Assembly (NCBI GenBank): GCA_034439715.1
Contig: JAWXAY010000029.1
Coordinates: 32,001 to 96,000, forward strand
Source of the DNA: Pseudomonadota bacterium
GTDB taxonomy: Bacteria; Bdellovibrionota; Bdellovibrionia; Bdellovibrionales; SG-bin7
DNA: 64,000 nucleotides
Reading direction: 5' to 3'
The translations under genes were made by a program, and so were the position numbers. How positions within the stretch are numbered: the first letter of the stretch is position 1; each line of letters starts with the position of its first letter. Of the stretch, positions 49,852 through 59,112 are shown piece by piece. The notes under the pieces are model-generated. The model saw nothing but the letters and a program-made list of their open reading frames with translations, was not told where the DNA came from and did no database searches.

Positions 49852-50397
49852 GTGAAGAAATTTGAGGTTCTCAAAACGATTGAGTTCGAGGAATGGTTGG
49901 CAACTCAACCGCCGAAGACCAAGGTGATTATTAAAGCTCGACTTGATCTAATTGCAATCGGTCACTTTGGTGACCACAAACGTTTTGAGGGGCTTATTGA
50001 GTTAAGATGGTTAAACGGCAATCGTGTCTACTCATTTTTGTGGGGACACTCGATAGTGGTCGCTCTTTATGGAGGTAATAAAATGCGCAAAACAGGGACA
50101 TCAGGAAAGCGAAGAAAATTAGGGACGAAATCCTTGAAGGTACACGAACCCTTCGCAAGTAAAGAATTAAAAAACCCTCACCTTGTTGCGGAAACCCTAC
50201 TTGAATGCATCAAGACTGGGGACGTAGAATCATTTCGTGAGGTTCTTATAGCCCATTTGATGACTGTCAATAAGGTTGAAATTGCAAAGAAGGCTGGTAT
50301 TGGTCGCCGAACACTTTATGATTTGATTGACCCTAAGAAGGAATTTAATCCTGAACTTTCAACTATCTCTGCAGTTATTCGCGCTTTAGCGGCATGA
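49852..50397 (+). CDS. RelE/HigB-like toxin fused in frame to an HTH antitoxin (toxin frameshifted)
   Basis: Toxin motifs FEEWL..ARL..GHFGDHK..ELRW..RVY..LYGGNK. Antitoxin starts at ATG 50083 (RBS GGAGGT) and has HTH IAKKAGIGRRTLY...NPELSTI. Confidence 0.85.
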   Translation: MKKFEVLKTIEFEEWLATQPPKTKVIIKARLDLIAIGHFGDHKRFEGLIELRWLNGNRVYSFLWGHSIVVALYGGNKMRKTGTSGKRRKLGTKSLKVHEPFASKELKNPHLVAETLLECIKTGDVESFREVLIAHLMTVNKVEIAKKAGIGRRTLYDLIDPKKEFNPELSTISAVIRALAA

Positions 50398-50404
50398 ACT
50401 AAAT

Positions 50405-50788
50405 ATGAAAATTAATTTAAAACATAAATTGTCATGCCATTGTGGTTCGATTGAGATCGAACTCACTTTACCAAACGGATTAGAAAAACCACGGCGATGT
50501 GATTGTTCGATGTGCCGCCGGCGAGGAGCAATTGTTGCTTCGGTCACCTTAGATCGGCTTAAGATTATTAAGGGACACGAAAAAATTTTCCTTTATCAAT
50601 TTGGTACTAAGACGGCAAAGCACTACTTTTGTTCAGTATGTGGAATCTACACTCACCATCAGCGCCGCTCAAATCCCACCGAGTTTGGGTTTAATGTTGG
50701 TTGTCTTGACGGAGTTAACCCATACGAATTGAAAGACGTTCCCGTTATGGACGGCGTGAATCACCCGGCAGATCGAGAGCGGCCTTAA
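50405..50788 (+). CDS. GFA (CENP-V/glutathione-dependent formaldehyde-activating) family protein
   Basis: CHCG, CDCSMC, FCSVCG, YTHHQRRSNP. Confidence 0.92.
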   Translation: MKINLKHKLSCHCGSIEIELTLPNGLEKPRRCDCSMCRRRGAIVASVTLDRLKIIKGHEKIFLYQFGTKTAKHYFCSVCGIYTHHQRRSNPTEFGFNVGCLDGVNPYELKDVPVMDGVNHPADRERP

Positions 50789-50876
50789 GAGCATCCACAA
50801 TCACTGGTTTCATTGACACTATTTAATTCGAAATACGCTGACTTCGCGAGCAAAGGCCTGCGCAGATCTTAAAAAG

Positions 50877-51947
50877 TTAAAAAGTAAAACGGACGTCGCA
50901 ACGAGCGAGTATTGTCCAATTGACATCAAGGACACGATTGCCAAGTTGGTCGTCTAAAAAGTTTCGAAATTCCAGCTTGGGCGTTACGATCATTACACCG
51001 TACATCATCGGGGCGTAGGCACCTAAAATAAAATTGCTACCCCCATCTGTAGGAGTAGGATTTGTTTGATTGGGACTCTTAAACTCTTTTTGCGACTCCG
51101 AAGTAAAACCCACATATGTACCAAAGTTCCAACTGGTTGACATTTTTTCGTAGAACACATTAAGAGCTAACACATGACCGCCTGAAAGCGTCTTTTTAGT
51201 GCTTTGAACCGTGGGGGATTGAAAATCTATGGTGCGATCGCCTTTGTATTCATAAGAGATATCCAAGCCGGCAAAACCTGAAGTAAATTTTTTCGAATAA
51301 CCCAAATAAGGTCTGTAAGATGGTCCGCCCGAAAAAGCATTTGTGTTTCCTTGACCGTCATCCGTGCCATCGCCAGGACTAAACCCAATTCTCAGACCAT
51401 AGTGAATACTGCCACTCGAAAAAGCCCAGTTACCTTTGGTGTAAAGCACTACATCTTCAATTCCATTTTTACTTCCAACATCTTCTTTGGTGGAACTCAT
51501 ATAATAAGACAACCGTCCGCCAAGTGAAATGCTTTCTAGAAGTCCAAATTCGGTCTCTACGCCTGCTCTAAAAATTTGGTCACTAACTGAGTACTGCTGT
51601 CCTCCCGGTGTTCCATTAACAAGTGTACCTTCGTTTTTAGAAAAGGCGGCCTCGATAAATGGATTGGCTAAAAGCTGGTCTGACTTTGCCTGCCAATAAT
51701 ATTGCGGAAGCGGAGCCTCACTCACGGACTCAATCGGTGCTGATCTTGCTTTAGCTTTTGGCGTGACGTATTCATCAGTGGGTTTAGCGCCGCTCTTGCT
51801 ATCGCTTTTGGGAATATCGATCAACAATTCTTCTTTGGCCGAACGACCTTTTTTTTGATCTTTTTTCTTAGTTTGCGCATTGGCTTCGCTTAAGCCTAAC
51901 GCTAAAATTAACCCACCTGAAACAGCAATTAATGTGACTCGTCTCAT
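50877..51947 (-). CDS. putative outer-membrane beta-barrel protein
   Basis: Signal peptide; amphipathic beta strands; C-terminal Phe (VRFTF). Confidence 0.7.
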   Translation of the reverse strand: MRRVTLIAVSGGLILALGLSEANAQTKKKDQKKGRSAKEELLIDIPKSDSKSGAKPTDEYVTPKAKARSAPIESVSEAPLPQYYWQAKSDQLLANPFIEAAFSKNEGTLVNGTPGGQQYSVSDQIFRAGVETEFGLLESISLGGRLSYYMSSTKEDVGSKNGIEDVVLYTKGNWAFSSGSIHYGLRIGFSPGDGTDDGQGNTNAFSGGPSYRPYLGYSKKFTSGFAGLDISYEYKGDRTIDFQSPTVQSTKKTLSGGHVLALNVFYEKMSTSWNFGTYVGFTSESQKEFKSPNQTNPTPTDGGSNFILGAYAPMMYGVMIVTPKLEFRNFLDDQLGNRVLDVNWTILARCDVRFTF

Positions 51948-52009
51948 TAGTAAAAATTTTCTCGTAAGGTGGCGGCTTTGTCCACAGATTCTCTTTAGAA
52001 ATTATAAGT

Positions 52010-52312
52010 TTAGACATGCCTGTCTAGATTTTGCCCGACGTTTTGCCCGCCAGTCCCATGGAGCGCTAACATTTTTTGATAAATCTCGATAAATTTTCGC
52101 CTTTGGGTTTGGTCGCGGTAACCATAAATTTTTGCAATAACACGACCAAGGCCTTGTTTGACCTCCCGCTCGGATTCATCGCCCACTAAATTGTTTTCTT
52201 TTTGGTTGGGTAGCACGGCACGAATAAAAACCGGCTTGGGTTTATCGAAGGGTATAGTGCTCGCTTCAAACGAGTCTATCGGAGATGTCGGAACAGCCGA
52301 CATAATTTTCAC
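52010..52312 (-). CDS. small hypothetical protein
   Basis: 100-aa ORF with GAGGTG upstream; fills the gap between genes. Confidence 0.55.
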   Translation of the reverse strand: MKIMSAVPTSPIDSFEASTIPFDKPKPVFIRAVLPNQKENNLVGDESEREVKQGLGRVIAKIYGYRDQTQRRKFIEIYQKMLALHGTGGQNVGQNLDRHV

Positions 52313-52432
52313 CTATCACCTCAATTCTCACTAACGTACTACTTAGGTCTAGGTAAGATTATAAATGACAAGAGACAGAATGCCCATTTTATCTCACAAC
52401 AAGCATTTAATTGTATCAATGTGATACTTATT

Positions 52433-53317
52433 TTAAAAAAGAGATTTTAGATCGCTGTTAGATTTGATTTTTAAAACGCGTTTGTCGATTTTGGCTTTGG
52501 CTTCTGACTCTAATAGCGAGCGGGCTTCGGCCCGCAGGCGTGAGGGTTTTGTTCGCTCACTTATTAAATTTATTTCTGATTTTTTTTGAATCATAGTTTC
52601 CACCAAATCGGCAACCCCTTTACTTTCTGTCGCCACAGTTGAAAAAACTTTTACCTTTTTAGGTGACATTGATAACTCAAAGGATTGCTTTAGCTCACTC
52701 ACCATTGTGTCCGCACCAGGACGATCTGACTTATTCACGACAAAAAGATCGGCGATTTCGAGCAAACCTGCCTTAAGTGCTTGAATGGAATCTCCCGATT
52801 CAGGAACCAAAACGATTGTCACCAGATCGGCCACATTCATAATTTCAAGTTCAGTTTGTCCAACACCGACAGTTTCAACTATTACTACATCAAAACCAAA
52901 GTGGTCGTACGCTCTTAACATTAAATAAACGGCAGCGCTGAGGCCACCGTGAAATCCTCGCGAGGCCACAGAGCGTATAAATACCTTGTCATCATTGAAG
53001 TGAGCGTGGGCACGAATGCGGTCTCCTAGTATTGCGCCCTGAGTGAAGGGGCTCGACGGATCAACTGCGATCACACCCACAGACATGTTACGAATGCGAA
53101 ATTCGCTGATTAGCGCTGACAATAACGTCGATTTACCCGCTCCCGGCGGGCCTGTAAGGCCTATTCGGAATGAATGCTTTTTAGGTGTTAAAAGCTCTTT
53201 AGCCTTAAGAGACTTCACTCCCACACGGTCAATATGACTTAGAAGTTTTGCCAAATCCTCATGAGTTTTAGTGAGAGTTACTTTTTTAATTAGGCTGCTC
53301 AGAGTGTCACTGGTCAT
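52433..53317 (-). CDS. meaB: methylmalonyl-CoA mutase-associated GTPase (MeaB/ArgK)
   Basis: TGPPGAGKST, AVDPSSP..GAILGDRIR, ETVGVGQTE, NKSD. Confidence 0.93.
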   Translation of the reverse strand: MTSDTLSSLIKKVTLTKTHEDLAKLLSHIDRVGVKSLKAKELLTPKKHSFRIGLTGPPGAGKSTLLSALISEFRIRNMSVGVIAVDPSSPFTQGAILGDRIRAHAHFNDDKVFIRSVASRGFHGGLSAAVYLMLRAYDHFGFDVVIVETVGVGQTELEIMNVADLVTIVLVPESGDSIQALKAGLLEIADLFVVNKSDRPGADTMVSELKQSFELSMSPKKVKVFSTVATESKGVADLVETMIQKKSEINLISERTKPSRLRAEARSLLESEAKAKIDKRVLKIKSNSDLKSLF

Positions 53318-53465
53318 GTCAATTCAGTGTATATTTTAAGTATATGAAAATACAGCATTTTTCCACCTGCGGCCACCCATCGCATGAAAAAGAGACATGG
53401 CATCTGCCGCCTTCCAATGGCTCCTAAAAATTATCAGTTATTTTATATAGTTATGGCCTCCCATT

Positions 53466-53481
53466 TGGCATGGCACCTGCT
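53466..53481 (+). promoter_or_regulatory. sigma54 (-24/-12) promoter
   Basis: TGGCAT-GGCAC-CTGCT (GG-N10-GC); AT-rich IHF-like TATCAGTTATTTT at 53432-53444. Confidence 0.65.
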
Positions 53482-53518
53482 CTTATTAGGATCAAGAAAG
53501 TAGATTTAAAGGAAAAAT

Positions 53519-54649
53519 ATGGAACAAAGGCGAATACTACAAATAGCATTTATCTTTTTTGCCTGTGGCTTAAGTATCGAATTACTTAAGACACTAGGTA
53601 AAAGTAGCCCGCTTAATATGAAGCCGGCGACAGTAGGTATTAAGCTTGATGACTACGAAGTTCAATTGGGTACCGAGGACGTAACCCTTGAAATGCCAGT
53701 ATTAAAATTAGCAAATAGTTTTTCTGGTTACCAAAAAATCAATGGCATAAAACTAGTTGAGGGAAAGAAAGCAGAAGGCAAAAAAGACGCCAAAAAGGAC
53801 GAACTAAAGAAGCCAGACGAAAATAAGCTAGCCAAAAAGAAAAAGAAGAAAAAGAAGAAAAAAATAGACAGCTTTGAGCCCGAAGACGACACCATCGCAA
53901 AAAAGAACAAAGACAAAAAGGACGAATTTAGTGGTTCAAATGGTCCCAGTAGCTATTTTACGCTTAATGATACGATCGCACCTAACCCACAAGATAAAAA
54001 TAAAAACCTTCCTAAAACTTTGCAGGAATGGGAGAATCTCTTACTCAAAGACCCTTCCTTTGAAGAGGCTAAAAAATTCATAGATCTTTACCGTAGTCGC
54101 GAGGTAAGCGCCGAGGTTTTTTACTCTATCGCCAAGAAAATGCTAGAGGACCAAAGACCTCAGATGCGCCACTTGGGACTATCTTTAATTGATTCCTCCC
54201 CCGGAGCTATGAGTTTTGCAGTGCTTTCTGAGGCTTATTATCAGGAACCAAATAACAGTGCATTTCGCTCAAAGATGGAGCGCCAACTTGTCAGTTATGG
54301 TCGCCCTGAAAGTTTTAATCTTTTGGTGCAAGGTCTTTCTCCTGAAAAAAGCCTGGCCGTCAATTTTACTTCGGTTACGGTTTTAAGCCGTGCCATCGAA
54401 CGCTATAAAGTAGACCAAGCAAGAGTCGCAGCAAATGCAAGTGGAAGTAATTTACCTGCACCCGCTGCAACTCCAATAACGCCCAGCCCTACTTCGAATC
54501 CCGCAGCCACGGTCCGTCCCACTCGTACCCAATCTTTGTTTTCAAGATTTCAGTCACCACTAAAAGCTTTGGTAGCGGAAAACGACCCTAATCTAGCCCC
54601 CTCAGCTGCCCAAGTTTTGAGTCAGATTCTCGCACTATTAAACTCATAG
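53519..54649 (+). CDS. membrane-anchored hypothetical protein with poly-Lys tract and HEAT-like helical domain
   Basis: N-terminal hydrophobic segment; K10 run; helical repeats; AAGGA RBS. Confidence 0.75.
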   Translation: MEQRRILQIAFIFFACGLSIELLKTLGKSSPLNMKPATVGIKLDDYEVQLGTEDVTLEMPVLKLANSFSGYQKINGIKLVEGKKAEGKKDAKKDELKKPDENKLAKKKKKKKKKKIDSFEPEDDTIAKKNKDKKDEFSGSNGPSSYFTLNDTIAPNPQDKNKNLPKTLQEWENLLLKDPSFEEAKKFIDLYRSREVSAEVFYSIAKKMLEDQRPQMRHLGLSLIDSSPGAMSFAVLSEAYYQEPNNSAFRSKMERQLVSYGRPESFNLLVQGLSPEKSLAVNFTSVTVLSRAIERYKVDQARVAANASGSNLPAPAATPITPSPTSNPAATVRPTRTQSLFSRFQSPLKALVAENDPNLAPSAAQVLSQILALLNS

Positions 54650-54682
54650 ACAAGTATCTGAATCCAGATAATCATAATTTTT

Positions 54683-55399
54683 ATGCCTCAATTTCTACTT
54701 TTCATTTTACTTTTTTTTAGTCAGACTTTATTTGCCGAAATCAAAATCCCCGTAAATCTTTCGCAATTGGACCGTTTGGAGACTTTACGAATCTTGGGCA
54801 TGGGCACGTCGAGCAAAATCCTATCTGAACCCTACCCCTTAGGAGGTTATTCGGGACTCGAGTTAGGTGTTAGCATTGAGTTTTTAGATCTGACCGATCT
54901 TTCTAGCCTAGGAGCCACCATCCCAGACAAGCAAGAAAACACGACTTACCCAAAACTTTCGTTGGGCAAGGGCCTTTATAACAACATAGACATGTTTTTC
55001 AACTTTACTCCTTACAGCAAAAACTCTGGTCTTTCGCAGTACGGAGGAATGATCCGCTGGGGATTTTATCAATCGCCCTACGTGCCCACCTGTCTGTCAC
55101 TTTTAGTTCATGGCAATGCTACCAATGTTTCACAGAATATTTTTTCGCAGTCATTTGGTGTGGACCTCGTCGCCGGCTTTACTTTAAATTATGTGTCTGT
55201 TTATTTTGGGGGTGGACAGATTGAAAGCCGCGGCCAATTTGTGGGAATAAACTCCTCGAACAATATAGAAACAGAGCATACAAGTTCTGTTCATACATTG
55301 ATGGGTACAATACTAACTTTAGACAAAGTATTTGTGGCCATTGAGCTCGATCGTTACTCTGATGCTATGATATCAGCTAAAATTGGAATCCGAAATTGA
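54683..55399 (+). CDS. putative outer-membrane beta-barrel protein
   Basis: Signal peptide; Gly/aromatic beta strands. Confidence 0.6.
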   Translation: MPQFLLFILLFFSQTLFAEIKIPVNLSQLDRLETLRILGMGTSSKILSEPYPLGGYSGLELGVSIEFLDLTDLSSLGATIPDKQENTTYPKLSLGKGLYNNIDMFFNFTPYSKNSGLSQYGGMIRWGFYQSPYVPTCLSLLVHGNATNVSQNIFSQSFGVDLVAGFTLNYVSVYFGGGQIESRGQFVGINSSNNIETEHTSSVHTLMGTILTLDKVFVAIELDRYSDAMISAKIGIRN

Positions 55400-55896
55400 T
55401 CCAATAAACTCAGGCCACTTTTGTAGCGAAGAAATGTAAAAACGGGAGTGTGCAAATCCTCCCCCTTTTTATAGGGGTCAAAATCGATGTTAATTTTTTC
55501 GTTAAAATTCTCCATACTATCTGGAATCTCTATAACCAGTTTGTGCACTCTCGCTTCGTTTATGTCGGTAATGAGAATTTTCACCTGGTACCATACAGCA
55601 GACGTGTAAACCGCTTTTGCAAGTGTAACATCCATGGAATATGGTTTGCCGCCACGCTCTGCATGCTGCGACCAATTTCCGCTATACATATGTGGATCGG
55701 ATCCGCCAATATCTTTGAGTTCGATGGAATAATCCAATGGTACTCGAGGATAAGGAAAATCCTCACACTCGTCAGCTGGGGTATCTGGAGGGCAGACAAA
55801 GATTTGCAAAGAAGACCTAAAGTAATGAGTCTCCAGTGCCTGCGCAAAGTTAGAAAAAAATACCGTTACAAAAATGCCAATTATTAATTTTTTCAT
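55354..55896 (-). CDS. secreted hypothetical protein
   Basis: Signal peptide (AQA); ATGA overlap with the histone gene stop. Confidence 0.65.
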   Translation of the reverse strand: MKKLIIGIFVTVFFSNFAQALETHYFRSSLQIFVCPPDTPADECEDFPYPRVPLDYSIELKDIGGSDPHMYSGNWSQHAERGGKPYSMDVTLAKAVYTSAVWYQVKILITDINEARVHKLVIEIPDSMENFNEKINIDFDPYKKGEDLHTPVFTFLRYKSGLSLLDQFRIPILADIIASE

Positions 55897-56324
55897 TCGA
55901 AATCCCTTTCTAAAACAGTTTTTCTGCCTTCTTCGCGCGCCTTATCGATAGCATCGTTGCAAATCCGGCGGACTTTCTCGGACAAAATATCCATTATTTT
56001 ATCCGACGTATTCATATCAGCTCGTTCCTTAATATAAGATTTTACCTTTGTAACAACTACCAGGGGTTCATGAATGGGACGCATACTCGCAATTTGGCTT
56101 GCGCCCGCTACTACCCGCCGGGGGGCCTTTCGTTCCTCAGCCCACGAATCTTTATGTTTCATAATCGGCACATGGGCATCCCAACAGGCCACACTACAAA
56201 ATACAAAACCCGTGCGCGTTTGATTACAAGTGGTTACGTTACAGACAAAATAAGCTTCACCGAATCCGATGTTTTTTTTACAGGTGTTGCATTTTTTCCA
56301 AAAATTATTTCCATTTTCAATCAA
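55893..56324 (-). CDS. bacterial histone with N-terminal Zn-finger (ZZ-type, Bd3044-like)
   Basis: C12,C15,C28,C33,C43,C47,H51,H57; C-terminal LVVVTKVKSYIK..DMNTS...LSEKV..IC..AI..A...GRKTVLERDF histone fold. Confidence 0.88.
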   Translation of the reverse strand: MIENGNNFWKKCNTCKKNIGFGEAYFVCNVTTCNQTRTGFVFCSVACWDAHVPIMKHKDSWAEERKAPRRVVAGASQIASMRPIHEPLVVVTKVKSYIKERADMNTSDKIMDILSEKVRRICNDAIDKAREEGRKTVLERDFE

Positions 56325-56788
56325 AGTTTTCTCACTTTTTCTATAATGGCGGATGACGACTTGCCTTCGACAAACGGAAGGGACTTAATTAACCCTCCAC
56401 GAGACTTTACGAAGTCAGCCCCTACTATCTTATCGACAGGCCAGTCTCCACCTTTAACTAAGATATCAGGTTCTAGTTTTTTGATCAGGTCTTTGGGTGT
56501 GTCCTCGCCAAAGACCACGACATAGTCCACACTGACAAGCGCCGCTAGAATCTTGGCGCGATCTTCTTCGCATTGAATCGGACGTGTGGGTCCCTTTAAG
56601 GATTTAACACTTTCGTCAGAGTTGATGCCGACGACCAGGATATCGCCCAAGGCCTTTGCTGCATCAAGATAAGTGACATGTCCTGCATGAAGAATATCAA
56701 AACAACCATTGGTAAAAATAACTTTTTTATTTTTTCTCTTTTGAGTTAGGGCTATTTGTAGGTCTTGGAGATTTAATACTTGTCCCAC
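56321..56788 (-). CDS. rfaE2: D-glycero-beta-D-manno-heptose 1-phosphate adenylyltransferase
   Basis: FTNGCFDILHAGH, GINSDESV..LKG..RP, KGGDW. Confidence 0.93.
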   Translation of the reverse strand: MGQVLNLQDLQIALTQKRKNKKVIFTNGCFDILHAGHVTYLDAAKALGDILVVGINSDESVKSLKGPTRPIQCEEDRAKILAALVSVDYVVVFGEDTPKDLIKKLEPDILVKGGDWPVDKIVGADFVKSRGGLIKSLPFVEGKSSSAIIEKVRKL

Positions 56789-56793
56789 GATAA

Positions 56794-57483
56794 TTAATTA
56801 TTTCGATAGAGCCTAAGGCCTGAAACTCTAGACGCTAGATCGTTGCCTAGGAGCAATGATAAAAAGGGCAAAAGAATAACTCCAGTAAAAGTCACAAATA
56901 GAGATCGGGCCAAGACCTTTAAGGGATAGCGGTCGTCCTGCTGATCACTCGGCGTTCCCAATTGAATATCAAATGCCCATTCACCAAGAGTTTGGCCGCA
57001 AAAGGTTCTGGCGATCACAATATAAAGTTGCGAGATGGCTACATATAGCACCACCAGACTCACTTGATTGGTTAAATATATACTGGTCGCACGCACGATG
57101 CTCAAAATGTCGATGCGGGTTACAAAAACGAGCGCAATTAAAAAAATCAAAGAGATGGCAAAAGAAAAAATGGCATCAAACATCATTGCCGGAAAACTAG
57201 CGGCCACAACCGGGTAAGTAATCTTAGGTTTGGGCTTTTCTAAAATTACCGAATTAAGCTGGCTCTTAAATTGGCTGCGAATAGCGTCAGACACAGTTTT
57301 TTCAGGGGTGATGCCCATAAGTTCTTTTTCAATAAGGCTTTTTGGAACTGTGGGCATATCATAACCCATTTGGGTTTTTGCAATTCGACTTTCTTCAATT
57401 TCTTTTTTTATATTTTGAGCTCTTTTGTTGAAACCTAATCCCTCAGTCAGCGGCTTGAACTCAAACTCATCTATAAAATCCAT
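56794..57483 (-). CDS. RDD family membrane protein
   Basis: TM helices; GQTLGEWAFDI; ARSL; DLASRVSG. Confidence 0.7.
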   Translation of the reverse strand: MDFIDEFEFKPLTEGLGFNKRAQNIKKEIEESRIAKTQMGYDMPTVPKSLIEKELMGITPEKTVSDAIRSQFKSQLNSVILEKPKPKITYPVVAASFPAMMFDAIFSFAISLIFLIALVFVTRIDILSIVRATSIYLTNQVSLVVLYVAISQLYIVIARTFCGQTLGEWAFDIQLGTPSDQQDDRYPLKVLARSLFVTFTGVILLPFLSLLLGNDLASRVSGLRLYRNN

Positions 57484-57491
57484 TTTGGCTC

Positions 57492-58244
57492 CTACTGCAT
57501 AAGATTACATTCGTACTTTATGATGCTAACTAAAGCTAAGCAAGCCGTTTCCACCCGCAGAACTTGTTCTCCGAGAGTTATCGGTTCTAAACCGCTAGCT
57601 TTAAAAACTTCCACTTCTTGTTTTGAAAATCCGCCTTCACTGCCTACAAAAAGCCACACATTTTTGAGGGCTTTGTTGTTACTTGAGGTCAAAACCTGTT
57701 TGACATTGCGCTCGCAATGCCCCTCAAAAGCAAATAGACCCATGGCAGCATCAGATTGGTTAAATCCTTTGATAATTTCTTCAAGTTTTATGGGTTCTGG
57801 AGTCGCCATCAGTTCAGAGCGCCCACATTGCTGCGTGGCCATTTTAACTATTTTTTCCCAACGTTTTTGTTTTCCGTTGAGCGCGTCATTCGGCTTTCGA
57901 AAGTAACTGTGTTCAGAGAAAAATGGCAACAAAGTAGAAACGCCGAGTTCCACCGATTTTTCCAAAATAGTTTCAAATGTCTGTAATTTTGGCAAAGATA
58001 TGGCTAAACTAATATGGGGAAGCGCTAGCGAGGAGATTTCTCGCTTGCTTAATACAGTGGCTTTTGCTTCTCTTTTTTTTAGTTCAACGATCTCAACCAA
58101 CAAGGCAACGTCGCCTTGGCCCAAAATTTCAAATCGATCTTTCATGCCTTGGCGACATACTCCACAAATATGATGAAAGCTCTCACCCTGGATTACTACG
58201 AAATCTTCTTTGATATCTTGGGGCTCAAGCCAATAGCGACGCAT
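57492..58244 (-). CDS. rsmE: 16S rRNA m3U1498 methyltransferase
   Basis: HHICGVCR, EKSVELGV, QQCGR, VGSEGGFS, LGEQVLRVETA. Confidence 0.95.
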   Translation of the reverse strand: MRRYWLEPQDIKEDFVVIQGESFHHICGVCRQGMKDRFEILGQGDVALLVEIVELKKREAKATVLSKREISSLALPHISLAISLPKLQTFETILEKSVELGVSTLLPFFSEHSYFRKPNDALNGKQKRWEKIVKMATQQCGRSELMATPEPIKLEEIIKGFNQSDAAMGLFAFEGHCERNVKQVLTSSNNKALKNVWLFVGSEGGFSKQEVEVFKASGLEPITLGEQVLRVETACLALVSIIKYECNLMQ

Positions 58245-59112
58245 AAAAACTAACCCAATCCCCTTTGGTTCTTGTTGCGATAAGCTTTAGACCGGTGTGG
58301 GCAAAAAAATTTTCACAAAACTCTTTTTCTTCTTCTTTCAGAACGCCGGTAAGGATGATTCCTCCGCCCGGCTCAATGGCCCTAATTAGGCTCGGTTTCA
58401 AATCTAAGAGTACTCCACTCACTATGTTCGCGACCACTAAATCAAATTTCTCACTAATTTTTTCGATGGGTCTAGCTGAAAATACAATATTTTCAAAATA
58501 ATTAAGGGCGATGTTTTCGCGCGAAACTCTTAGGCACTCAGGATCAATATCAATTCCCAATACCTTTTCCGCTCCGAGCGAGCTAGCAAGCATGGCCAAA
58601 ACCCCAGTGCCAGTGCCCACATCTAGAACCGATTTAGGATGTTTTTGCGAACGGTATACACATAGTATGAGTTCGGCTGCCATTTGTGTCGTTTCGTGAG
58701 TCCCTGTGCCAAAAGCCATTCCCGGATCTATGCGAAAAAAGCGTCGGGCCACCTTCGGCGCCTCATGCCAACTCGGCACGATCCAGTAAGGATCAGCGAA
58801 TAAAAACGGTTTAAAATTTTCTTTCCAGTTGGCTAACCAATCTTGGGTTTCGAGTTCAGAAATTGAGGCTTGCACATGCGGAAAGCCTTGTTGCAATTTT
58901 AAGAAAAAGTCTTCGTTAGGACGGGAACTAAAATAGACCACCATCTGCTTTGAATGATCTTCGAGAATGGTCGGCCGATATTTTAGTGACTTTTGCTCAA
59001 AGGGGACATCCTCTGACGTTCCTAAGCATCCCATTGCAAAGCAAAAGGCCGATAGCAAGTCCTTTTCACGACTGTAAACGGGATTTAAATTTATTTCACA
59101 ATAGGTCTTCAC
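58225..59112 (-). CDS. prmA: ribosomal protein L11 methyltransferase
   Basis: DWLANWK..F, DPGMAFGTGTHETT, LDVGTGTG, ANI. Confidence 0.95.
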   Translation of the reverse strand: MKTYCEINLNPVYSREKDLLSAFCFAMGCLGTSEDVPFEQKSLKYRPTILEDHSKQMVVYFSSRPNEDFFLKLQQGFPHVQASISELETQDWLANWKENFKPFLFADPYWIVPSWHEAPKVARRFFRIDPGMAFGTGTHETTQMAAELILCVYRSQKHPKSVLDVGTGTGVLAMLASSLGAEKVLGIDIDPECLRVSRENIALNYFENIVFSARPIEKISEKFDLVVANIVSGVLLDLKPSLIRAIEPGGGIILTGVLKEEEKEFCENFFAHTGLKLIATRTKGDWVSFYASLLA

